From assembly GCA_014905635.1 (NCBI GenBank), contig JABVCE010000015.1:496001-560000 (forward strand): DNA of 64,000 nt. Direction: 5' to 3'. The stretch is from Scenedesmus sp. PABB004. Its lineage: Eukaryota. A program made the position numbers and the translations under genes. Below, in pieces: positions 27,301-38,505 of the stretch (position 1 is the first letter of the stretch; each line of letters starts with the position of its first letter). Below the pieces are notes generated by a model that saw nothing but the letters and a program-made list of their open reading frames with translations, was not told the DNA's origin and did not search any database.

Positions 27301-27658
27301 GCGCAGCGCCGCGACGACGCACCGTCTGAGTGAGCGGGGCAGTCAGGAGAATAGATCGCTCGCGACAGCCGCCGCCGGCTTGCCGCGCAGCAGAGCGCCC
27401 CGCGCCGGCCTGGCGAGCGCCCAGCACTGGCCCGCGGCCTCCCGCAGGCGCTGCATCTGTCCCCCCGGCCCCGCTGGCCGCCGCCGCCGCGGGCCTGCGT
27501 GCGTGCTCGGGGAGTTTGCACGGCACTTGAACTTGCTCTGGCGCGCCGCGTGGCCGCACGCGCCGAGGCAGCACAGCGCCGTGCTGCGCAGCAGGCTAGC
27601 CTGCCGCGACAGGCTCTGTTTCCTGCAGGCGGGCGCCCGGCGCCGCATGCGCACTATT

Positions 27659-27663
27659 TGTAA
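27659..27663 (+). promoter_or_regulatory. UGUAA polyadenylation signal
   Basis: TGTAA about 360 nt after the stop at 27300; this is the known chlorophyte poly(A) signal. Confidence 0.55.
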
Positions 27664-27822
27664 CGGCTGCCCCTGATCGGCAGGCAGGCTGGGTTGGAGA
27701 GCGAGCAAGACCCGGTCGCGGCGGCTCGGCGGCCGAGGCTTTGTTAACCCTGGCGGTGCTGACGCTTGCGGCGGGCCTGCCAACGAGCCTCCCGCCCTCC
27801 GCCGCCTGCGACGCAGCCGCGC

Positions 27823-30800
27823 TCAGTCGTCGTCCTCGTCGTCCAGCAGCAGCACCGGCCGCCGGCGCCGCGGCGCCGCGGCGGGCGCGCCGCCGGCCGG
27901 CGACGCGTCGCCGTCGTTGTCGTCCAGCTCGCTGGCGTCGCCGCCGCCCGGCGCCGCAGCGCCCGCCTGGCGCCGCGTGATCTCTGCCAGCGCGCTGCGC
28001 CGCGCGGCGGCTGCGCGGGCGGGGCAGGAGGCGGCGGCGCACGCGGTCAGCGAAAGGGGGCAGCCCAGCGCCCGGGACGGGGCGGCAGCTGAGCTGCCTC
28101 GCGCCGGCGCACGCGCCGGCCTCACCGTCGCCGCCAGACGAGCGCCGCTTCTTCTGCAGCCGCCGCCCCCCCAGCTGCTCCTGCTGCTGCACGTTCTCGC
28201 CATCGCTGCCCTCGCTGCCGTCGCTGCCCTCGGCGGGGCGACGCTTGCGGTCGGCCGCCGCGCGCCGCGCGCCAGCGCCCGGCTCGCCCTCGTCGTCCGC
28301 CTCGCTGCCGTCGCTGCCGTCGGCCGGCCGCGCCGCGCCGCCGCGCCGCCGCTGGCGGCGCGCGTCACCGGGCAGCGCCGCAGCGCCGTGGCGCCGCTTC
28401 TGGCCGGCGCCGCTGCCGGCCGCGGGCGCGCCGTGCTCCTCCGACTGGAAGCGCAGCGCTGCCGCCGCGCCAAACTCCTCGCTCGCCGGCAGGCCGCCGC
28501 GCGGCGCGCCGCCGTCTGTCGCAGCGTCGTCCGAGCCGAGCGAGCGACGACCCTCGCTCTCGCTCGCGCTGGCCGCGGCAGCGTCGCCGCCGCCGCTCGT
28601 CCAGCCGTCGTCGCTGCTCGCGGCGGCCGCGTCGGCCGCCCGGCCGCGGCGGCCGAGCCCGCGACGGGCGCCGCCGCCAAAGCCGTGCCCCCGCGCCGCG
28701 GCGCGCGCGGCGGCGGCCGCCTCCGCCTCGGCCCTGGCGGCCGTGGCCGCCTCGGCCGCCGCCGCCGCCGCCTCCTCCTCTATCACCACCTCGGCCGCCG
28801 CCGCCGCCGCGTCGCTGCCGAGCGCCGCGAGCGCGTCGGCGAGCGCGGCGCGCACGCGGCCGCGCCACGCGGGGGTGCTGTTCCCGGGGATCTGCGCGCG
28901 CGCAGCGGGGCGGGCCGGGCGCGCCCGCGCGCGTGGGCCCCGCGCCGCGCCCGCGCGCCGTGCCGCGTCCAAACTAACGACTCAACCAGCGCGCTGCAGC
29001 GCCCTTCAACGGCGGTGCGCCCCGCGCCTGGGCCACACATGCGCACCTTGAAAAAGTCGCCCGCGTCGTTGCGCACGCCCGCCGCAGTGAGCAGCTCGTT
29101 GCTCCAGTCGGTCGCAAAGAAACGCACGTCCTCGCCCTGCGCCCCGCGGCGGCGCGGCGGCGGCGGGGCCGGCTGGGTCAGCGGCACCCGGGTCGGCACG
29201 CGGAGCACGCGGCCGGCGGGGCCGGCGGCCGCCCTGCTGCGCACGGCGGGCGGGCGGCCGCCGCCGCGGCCCGCGCCGGACCTGCGGGACCAGGCTGTAG
29301 TCGGCGCCGCGCGCGGCGCCGCCGCCGCCGCCCGCGCCCGCCGCGGCCCACGCGCCCTCGGCCGCGTCGAGCTGGGCCAGCAGCCACGCGACCGCCTCGC
29401 GCGCGCTCATCCAGGCGCCGTCGGCGTCGTGCGCGCGCTGCAGCGCCTGCAGGTAGCCCATGAGCTGCATCGGCTGCGGCTCCGGCACGGCGCCGGCCCG
29501 CGGCGGCGGCGGCGGCGGCGCGCCGCCGCCGTCGTTCGCCAGCCAGGCGAGGCCCTCGCGCTCGATGCGCTCCGCCGCCGCGGAGGAGTCGCGCCGCCGG
29601 CGCGCGGCCGGGGCGCCGCCGCCGCCGGCGCGCGCACCGCTGCCGCCGCGCGGCGCGCGCTCGGCGCCGCCGCCGCCGTCGCCGCGCCGCGCGGCCTTGG
29701 CGAGCCTGGTCTCGCGCAGCCAGCGCAGCACCTGCTGCCGCGTCGCGGGCACGGGCAGCGCCTCGGCGATGTCGTCCAGCCAGCCCTGGCTGCCGTCGCC
29801 GCCCTCGCCCTCGCCCTCGCCCGGGCCGTGCGCGGCGTACAGCTGGCGCAGCCGCTCCGCGCTGACGGGGAGCCGCGCGGCGGCGCGCGCGCCGTGCTCG
29901 ACCGAGGCGGCGGCGCCGCTGCCGCTGCCGTCGTCGCCGCTGCCGTCGTCGTCGTCGTCGTCGCTGCCGCCGTCCGAGGAGGAGGACCCATCGCTGAGCC
30001 CGCTGATGCGGTGCTTGACAATCAGGCTCTGCACCTGCGGGGCCAAACGCAACGCGGGCGGAGCCGTCACGCCCAGCAGCGAAACGCGTGCCCAGGCGGC
30101 GCGCTGTGGCCGCGCGGCGGGCCAGCCGCCGGCGGGCGCCCGCCAATCCTCAGCCCGCACCTGCAGCACGTTGAGGCCGAGCCGCATCGCCACGAGGTTC
30201 AGCCCGTGCGCGTCGCTGCCGTGGGCGGCGAGCAGCGCCTGGAGCTGCGCCTTGCTCACGCGCCTGCGCAACAGGCGGGCGGCCCGCGGTCGGTCGGCGC
30301 GCCGGCCGCCGCGCGCGGCGCCCCGCTCGGGAAACCGGCGCCGCGGCGCCCGCCCCACCTGGCCGCGCCGTCGGCGTCCCCGCGGCGCCGGCGCGCGCTG
30401 CCGGCGGCGGGGCGCGTGAGGATGCCGTGGTGCCGCAGCGTCGCGAGCACGTCGGCCGGCGTCGCCGCCGCGCCAGGGCCCAGTGCCGCCGCGATCTGAC
30501 GGCGGCGGGCGGCCGCGGCGGCACGGGGGCGGGCGTGTCAAGCCCAGACAGAGCAAAAAGCAACGGCCAACAGTGGCGCTCAAACAAACAAGAAACAAAA
30601 GACACGGTGAACTTGAGTAAACGGGCGTTGACGGCCGCACCTGGTCCAGGTAGTCGTCCGCCGCGAGGTGCTGCTGGTACAGCGACTCCAGCTGCGCCCG
30701 GTCGACGCCCGGCAGCACGCGCCCGCCGCCGCCGTCGCTGTCCCAGCCGTCGTCGCTGGCCGCGCCTGCGGCGCGCGGGGCGCGGCGGCGCGTCGGCGGC

Positions 30801-33800
30801 GGCGCGCGGCGATGGCCGGCGCGCGCGGGCGCGGGTGCGGCGGGCGGCGGCGGCGCGCACCGTTGCGCGGCGCGCGGCGCCGGCCGGCAACCAGGCCCTC
30901 GTCTCGCAGCAGCTTGCGGACCTGCAAGGGGCGGGGCGGGGGGCGTCTGCCGCGGCGCGGGTCGCGGCTCCCGCAAGCAAATCGCGTCTAGTTGTGGCGC
31001 GCCCAGCTGCTTGCCGCCGCGCGCGCCTGCGTGTCGCTCCAGCCGCCGGGCAGCTCGGCCGCAATCGCCGCGGCGGCGGCGGCGGGGCCGCGGTGGCCGT
31101 GGACCTCCCAGAGCTCGCGCAGGCGCGGCGCGAGCCACGGCGGCAGCGCGCCAAACTTCAGGCCCAGGCACTTGAGCTCGCGCGTGATGTCGCGCGGCTT
31201 CAGCCTGGCGTGCGGCGCCGCGGATCGGCGGCCGGCGGCACGTCGGCGGCGAGTCGGCGGCGCACCAGGGGGCGCTGCCGGGGGTCGCTGCCAGGGGCGC
31301 TGCCGGCGCGCGCGCGCGCCGGGCGCTGCCGGCACGAGCGCCAGCGGCGCGCCCACCTCGTGCCCATCTGGCTGGTCAGCAGCTCCAGGTTGCTGCGGCT
31401 CGCGCAGAGCGCCTCGAAGAAGGTCTTCAGCTTCTCCACGCCCTGCGGCGCGAGCACCGACACCGGGCCGCGCGGCTGCTGCGCCCTGCGGGGCGCGGCG
31501 TGGCGTCCGCGCCGCGGCGGCGGCCGGCAGGCGGTGAGGCGCACGGCGCGGCGCGGGAGCGGGCGCGTGCGCGTGCGCGCGCGCCACGGCGGCCGCGCGG
31601 GGGCGGGTGCGCACCGGCCGGAGGCGGCGCCGCCAAAGCCGACGCGCCCGCGCCCGCCGGCGGCGCCCAGCGCGCCCGTGATGCTGTGGCGGCGGTGGCG
31701 GGGCGCGCGTGGTCGGCGCGCCGGCGCCACAGCGCCGCGGCGCGCGGCCCCCGCTGGCGCCCCGCTCGCTGGTGCGGCGCGGCCCCTGCTTGCTGGCGCT
31801 GGCGCCGCGCGCTAGCCGAGAGCGCTCACTCCTCGTCGAGCTTGTAGCCGTCTGTGATGGCGTCCGCCATGGTGGCGCTCTTCCAAAACATCAGCTGCAC
31901 GCACACCATGCCCGCCACGGCCGCGCGGCGCCGCGCCTCGCGCGCCGGGTCGGCGGCGGCGGCGCCGGCCGCAGGCGGCCGCGCACCGTCGGCCGCGCCG
32001 GCGCCCGCGGCGGGCGCGCCCTCCGCGGCGTCGGGCGGCGGGACGAGCTTGGCGAACAGCCCCCGCACGACGCGCGTGGCGAGCGTGAGCACGGGCACGT
32101 GCTCCGGCCGCCCCCGCAGCGACGCGTCAGAGAGCAGCGCGTGGAACTGGCGCAGGATGGAGAGCTGCGGCGCGCAGGCGCGGGGCCGGTGCGGGGCGGC
32201 GGGGTCGGCGGGGTCGAAGCAGCCGCGCCGGGGCCAAGCCTCCATAAAAGCGCCGCCCGCGCCGCGCCCGCAGCACACACAGCACGGCCCGCAGCGCCGC
32301 CCGCGCACCTGGTACAGCATCGGCTCGAGGCCGCAGTGCTCGGGCAGCGCGAGCCGCGCGAGCAGCGCCACGACCGCGCGGTTCAGCGCCGCGCTGTTCA
32401 CGCTCGCGTAGCCTGCGAGGAGCCATGCATAGAAGTGAAGCACCGCCGGCACCGCGAGCTCGCGCCGCACCTCGGCGCGCAGGTCGATCGGCCGCTCCAC
32501 GTGCCGCGCCTCGTCGCCCTGCGCGCGCGCGCGGCGGCGGGGCGCCGGCGGCGGCGCGTCGCGTCACGTCGCGAGCCGCGCAGCGCGACGCGCCCGCTGG
32601 GCGCAGCGGGCACGCCGCTACCCCCCCCCCCCCTCCCCAGCAGGGGCTTGCGTGCCGCGAGGCGCCTGCGACCTCCGCCCTCGGACACACAATCCCCGCA
32701 CCTCGCCGTCACTGCTGCCATAGTCGCTCCCGCTGCCCTCCTCCTCCTCCAGCGCTTCGAGCAGCGGCCGCCGCGCGGCCACGGCCGCTGCCGCGGCGCC
32801 GGGCGCCTCGCCGTCCGCCTCGGCGCTGCCGGCGCGCGGCGCTGAGCTGCCCTCCGCGTCGCTGTCGACCGCCGCCGCGGCCGCAGGCGCCTCGTGCTGC
32901 GGCTGCTCCGCCGCGCCGTGCGCCGGCGAGCCCGACTCGCCGTCAGCGCGGGCCGCCACCTCGCCGGCCTCGCCCGCCGAGGCCGAGGCAAAGCGGGCGG
33001 CCGCGGGCGAGCCGTCGAGCGCGGGCGTGCCCGGCGCGGCGGCGGCGGGCTCCGTTGCCCGAGGCTCGGCCGCCGGCGCCTCCTGCTCGGCGGCGCCCAG
33101 GGACTTGGCAGGCGACACTCCGGCCTCGCCCGTCGGGGACGCCGCAACCGCGCCGTCGGCCTGGCTGCCGCCCTGCGCGCCCGCGGCCCCGCCAGCCTCC
33201 CGCACCGCGCCGCTCGCCAGCTGCTCCGGCGGCTGCTGCGCGCCCTCTTCCTGCCCCGCCTCCTCGCCGGCCGCCGGCGGCTCCTCCAGCTGCTGCTGCT
33301 TGCGCCGCCTGCCGCCGCCGCGGCGCTTGCGCGCGCGCACATAGAATTTTCCGTCCTCGCGCGACACCAGCCTGCGAGCAGGGGCCGGCGTCCGTGCGCG
33401 CGTTGTGAGCGTGCAGCAGCAGCGCCCCGCCACCAGCGCGCGGTGGCAGGCACGGCCGGCGCGGCGGCGCTGCCCGTGCGCGGCTGGCGCAGCTCGCCTG
33501 TCGTACAGCCGCAGCACGACGTGCAGCGCCTCGGCGAGCACGGCCGCCGCGGCGCGGGGCTCGTGGCGCGCGCTGAAGGCCTTCACGCGCGCCGACAGGC
33601 CCGGCAGGAGCCCGCCCTCGTGCGCGTCGACGTTGTGCAGCAGGCTGCGGGCGCGCGCGCCGCGGGCAGCGGCGCCGCGTGGGCGCGGCGGCGCGCGGCG
33701 GCGGCGGCCGCGGCGACGCGAACGCGCGGCGGCGGCGGCGCGCACGCACTCGCGCGCCATGCGGTCCGCCGCGCGCCGGTCGGCGTCGCCGCCGACGCGG

Positions 33801-36800
33801 CCCGCGAGCTCCAGCACGCCGAGGCCCTCGCGCAGCAGGCGCGTGGACGCGTGCAGCAGCGCCCAGTCCTTCTCGCTCGAGCGCGCCGGGTAGTCAGACT
33901 GCGCGGCGCCGGGGGCGGGTCGGCCGCGGCGCGTCGGCCGCGCCGCCCGCGGCGCCGCGCTGCGGCCGCGCTGCGGCCGCCCCGCGGCGCGCGGCGGGGC
34001 CCTCTCGGCGCCCCGCCCCTGCGCGGCGGCGGGCGCGACGCACCTGCTCCCGGAAGATTGACCGGGCGAGCTTGAACATTTCGCTGCCCATCGTGGCGCT
34101 GATGCAGCCAAAGCGCGAGGCCTCCGCCGGCGCGCCGCCCTGGTCGGCCGCGGCGCCGCCGGGCTGCTGCTGCTGCTGCACCTCGCCGCCCTGCTCCGCC
34201 GCGCCCTGCTTCGCCCGGTCCTGGTCGCTCGGCTGCGCGGCCGCGTCGATGTCGGCCGCGCCGGGCGCGGCGCCGCCGCCGTCCTTGGCGCCCGCCGCCT
34301 GCTGCTTGGCCGCCTGCTTCGCGGCCTGCTTCGCCGCCTGCTTGCGCTCCTCGGCCGCGCGCTCCTGCCGCCCGGCCGGTCGGCGGCGGCGGCGGCGGCA
34401 GCGGTGGCGGCGGCGGCGGAGTGAGCTGCGGCGCGCGCCGTGGCAGCCCTGCGGGAGCCCCGAACGGGAGCCGCGTGAGTGAGCCCGCGCACCTCGCGGA
34501 GGCGAACGTAGGATGTGAACCAGGCGGCCAGGTCGAAGAACTTGGCTGTGTCGGCGCGCGTGGCGCCCATGTCCTGCCCGCGCGCCGCGCCCTGCCGCAG
34601 CTCGAACAGCAGCTGCGACATCAGCACGCCGTAGCCGCCTGGGCGGGGGGCAGCCGAGGGCAGCAGGCACGGGGCGGCGGGCGCGGCCGCGGTCGCGTGC
34701 TCTGCCGCGCGCACGGCGCGCGCGGGCGGCGCGCGCCGCGGGGCCCCGGGCGCGGCCGCACCCTGCAGCAGGCCCTCCGTGTAGCGCTTCAGTGCGAGCA
34801 GCAGCGCGGGGCTGGCGCCGCGCTTGGGCGGGGCGCGCACCTGCGCGCGGCGGCGGACGACGGCGGCGGTGGGCGGGCCGCCGCTCGGCGCGCGGCGCGC
34901 CGCAGCCGGGCGGGCCCGGGGGCGGCGCGCGTGCAGGGCGCACGCCACGCCGCGCTCGGGCGCACCCGCGTCTCCAGGTCCACCTCGGGCGGGACCAGGT
35001 TGTGCGGGCGGGACACGTCGTGGATGTAGGTGTTGGCCGCCGTGTCGGCGTGCGTCTGCACCAGCGTGCTGCGGAAGCGCCCGTGCCGCGTGAGCTGCTT
35101 GTTCTGCGGCGCGGCGCGGCGCATCAGGGTCAGGGCGGGGCGCGCATCAGGCGCGGGGGGCATGCCGGGCGTGGCGCGCCGCCGGCGCCGCGCGCGCGGG
35201 CCGCGCCGTGAAGCGCGCCGCGCACCTGCATCAGCTGCTGCGTGAGTGTCTTGCTGCCCGCCGCCGCGGCGCGGCGCGCCGCCGCGGCGTGCTGCCGCTG
35301 CGCCGCGCGCGCCGCCTCGCCGACCGCGGCCTCGCTCGCGTCCAGGACGTCGCCCGGCTCCACGCCCTGCGCCGCCGGCGTGCGGGGCGCGCGGGCTGCT
35401 CGGCGCGCCGCGCGCGTCGGCGGGCCCTCGCGGCGCTGGCTGGATGAATACCCCTCGGCCCCCCTGAGGGGCCTCCTCTCACCCCCTCCCCCCTGGCCGC
35501 CCCTCGCACCGCATAAACCTCGGCCAGCAGGTCCAGCAGCAGCAGCGCGTCGGCGCGGAACGCGCGCTCGTCCGCGTGCGCCGCCACGAGCGCCACAAGC
35601 TCCATCGCGCTCTCCGCGAAGAGGTGCTGCAGCAGCTCATCCTGCGCCGCGGCCGCGGCGGCGGCGGCGGCGGCTATGTCGGTGGGGGCCGCGCCCGCCG
35701 CGGCGCCGCGCTCTGGCGCGCGCGGCCGCGGCGCCGCGCCTGCATGGCCACGGCCGCGGCGCTGCCCGGCGGCGCCGGTGGGTCGGCGATCGAGACGAGG
35801 TTCCTGCGAGCAGCGGCGCGCGGCGGCGGCGGCGTCGGCAGCACGCGCTTGGGGTCGCCGCGCGCGCGCCGCCGCCGCGCGCGTCGCGGCCGTCGCGCCG
35901 GCCGCACCGGACAAAGGTGACCAGCAGCTGCAGCACCTGCCGGTCCTCCTCGCGCATGCGCGGGTGGCGCGAGAGCGGCCCCGCCGCGAGGCACATGACC
36001 GCGGCAAGCACGTCGCGCGAGAGGCAGCTGCGCTTGATCGACGCCAGCACGGTGCGCTGGCGGCGGCGGTCGCGGGGGCGCGCGCGCGCGTGGGCGGCGG
36101 CGGCGCCGCCGGCGGCCGCGCCTGCCGCCCCGCGCCGCGCACCTGCGTCGTGATGTGCGCGCTCAGCGGGCTGATCGGCATCGTCATAAACGTCAGCACC
36201 TTGACTGTTGACCGGCGGCGGCGGCGGCGGCGCGGCGCGCACGGGCAGCGTCGGCGCGCTGCGCGGCCAGCGCCGCGCGGCCAGCGTCGCGCGCCCGGGC
36301 CGCGCCGCGCGGGACGCCGCGCCGCGCCGCCGCCCCGGCCGCCCAGCCCCGCCTGGCCCTGCGCGCCGCCTGGCCGCGCGCCCGCGCGCACGTGCTTGGT
36401 AGACGAGCTCCGGCTCGCCCGGGTACGCGGCGACCAGCGGCGCGACATCGTGCTCCACGAGCCCCAGCTCGCCGAGCTTGAAAAACACCTCGCGCGCCTC
36501 CTCGTCGTCGCGGCGCAGGAAGCGCTGCAGGTCCTTGAGGCAGGCTGTGCCGGGCGGGAGGGGCGGAGCACGCGCGGGTGGGCGGCGCAGCGCGGCGCGC
36601 GCGGCGCGCGAGCAGCGGCACCGGCGCGCGCCGTCGCGCCGCGGCGCCGCCGCCGGTCGGCGCGCCGGGACGCGCCGCGTGGTGCGGTGTGACGCGATTG
36701 CCTCACCCAGGGCGTCGTCGTCCTTGACGTACACGCGGCGCAGGTCGTCCACGCGCTGCCATCGCCCCAGGCCGCCCGCCACCGACAGCAGCAGGTCCAG

Positions 36801-36812
36801 CTCGCCCTCCAT
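27823..36812 (-). CDS. TIMELESS: TIMELESS/Tof1 replication-fork protection protein, many exons
   Basis: MEGELDLLLSVAGGLG...YVKDDDAL|ACLKDLQRFLRRDDEEAREVFFKLGELGLVEHDVAPLV...|KVLTFMTMP, LLVTFV|RNLVSI, later VLHFYAWLL...LEPMLYQ|LSILRQFH, MVCVQLMFWKS, and an acidic C-terminus. Confidence 0.88.
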
Positions 36813-37137
36813 TGCTCGTCAGGGCCGATCACCGCGACACGACCGACCCTCCGCCGCGCATGCCGGGCCCGGGGGTCGCGCGGGCGGCCTGGCCGGGTCG
36901 CGTTCGGGCGCACGGCGGGCCCTCGCGGCGCGTGCGCGGGCGCGGGGGTGGCGCTGCGGCGCGCCTGTGCGGCCGGGACCGCTCGCGGGCGCGCAGCGGC
37001 GCGGGAATTCAAACTCTTCGCTCGCCAAAACCCCGCGCCGGGCCGGTGTGGCCGCCGACGCCGTTGGCCGGCGGCCGCTCACGAGCAGGTGCCCGCTGCT
37101 GCGGGCTTGACGGTGACACACGGCCCGGCCGCACAGC

Positions 37138-37138
<1 letters not shown>

Positions 37139-37169
<31 letters not shown>
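37139..37169. repeat. Poly-C homopolymer (about 31 nt)
   Basis: Read directly; the length may be unreliable in an assembly. Confidence 0.9.
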
Positions 37170-37170
<1 letters not shown>

Positions 37171-37304
37171 CTCCCCGAGCCCGCGTGCGCGCCGAGGGTG
37201 ACATTGCACAACGAAAAGGTCAGCAGGCAGCACCCTCACTGCAGTTGCCCGGCGGCCTCGACGGCCCTCGCCCCTTGCGGCGGCGGCCGTTGCCGCACAG
37301 CGGC

Positions 37305-37869
37305 AAGTTGCGCCAGCGTTGCTGGCGCAACTTCAGCATCGCCTTGTGCTGCGCCGCGTGCTCGAACCGCCTCGACCTGCTCTGCCGCCGGAGCTCCAGA
37401 GGCAGATCGAGGCAGGCCGCGAGCACGGGGGCGCGTGCCGGTCGCCGTTGGGCGAGGGGCCCCGCTGCACGCGGGCGCGTCCCGCGCCGGCGGCCCCCCG
37501 CGCCGGCGGCCCCCACGCGCGCCCCGGCGCCAACGACGCCGCCGTCGGCCTCGGCGCCGCGCCGCAGCGCCGACCGCGTCGTCGTGCGCGGCCCACAGGC
37601 GCCCACGGCGCTGGAGAGCGAGCACGACGACGCGGTCGGCGCTGCGGCACAGCGCTGCGCCGCCGCGCGGAGCGGGCCGGCGGCACGCGCGTCAGCAGCA
37701 CCGCAGGCGCGCCCCGGCGGCGAGAGCTCGCGCGCGCCCGCGGCACGGGATGTGAGACGCCGCCGCCGCCGCCCCCGCGATGGCGCCCACGGCCGCGCCC
37801 AGCACGTTGCGCCGCTGCGGCCGCGTCAGGGCGACGATGACGGCACAAGGCGGTCGCAGCGGCGCAACG
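37305..37869. repeat. Intergenic cluster of inverted repeats between TIMELESS and eIF4A
   Basis: Stems at 37305-37333 (13 bp perfect), about 37351-37435 (interrupted), 37561-37648 (27 bp perfect) and 37805-37869 (20 bp with one G-U). Confidence 0.8.
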
Positions 37870-38505
37870 GGCTGGCTGCGGCGCCGTCGCAGCTCCTCCG
37901 CGGTCCGAGCCGGGCAACCGGCAGGCGGCAGCGGCGGCGAGGCAGCGTGCAGGCGGCCCACGCGTGCGCGCCACGGCGGCGAGTCGAGTCAGTTTCGCGA
38001 AAGCTCAAGACGATCAAGCGCAACTCGAGCCGCCGCAGTCGCTTTTGACGATGCGGCGCACCTGCTGCCGCGCGCGCACGCGCGCGCGCGGTAGCAGCGG
38101 CGAGCGGCGGCGGCGACGCCCTGCGCGCGTGGGCGCGCCCCGGTGGCGCACGGCACCCCCGGCCTGCCGCCAGCGCGCCAGCGCGCCCCCAGCCCAGGCT
38201 GCGGCCGCGCGCTGCGGCCTCGGGCGCGCCCGCCACGCGCTGCCTGCCGGGCGCGGCGCAGCCGGCCGCACGCGCTCGCACGGAGCGCGTCGGCGGCGCG
38301 CGCGTCTCTGGGGAACGCCGGCGCGCGGCGTGGGCGCAGCGCGGCGAGTTTGGCTTAAACCCACGCGATGGCAGCGCCGCGCGCCCTTCGCGGCGGCGCG
38401 CGCCGCGCCCGGCCTCTTTCGCTGGTCTTGCACCAGTGAACGCCGCTCCCACCGCGCCCCTGCTCACCCCCTCGCGAGGCGGCCGCCTCTGAACAGCTCG
38501 CAAAC

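Noticed and set aside
36948..38048. ORFs on either strand between TIMELESS and eIF4A
   Set aside because: No recognisable family, and the sequence is dominated by inverted repeats. A small gene cannot be fully excluded.
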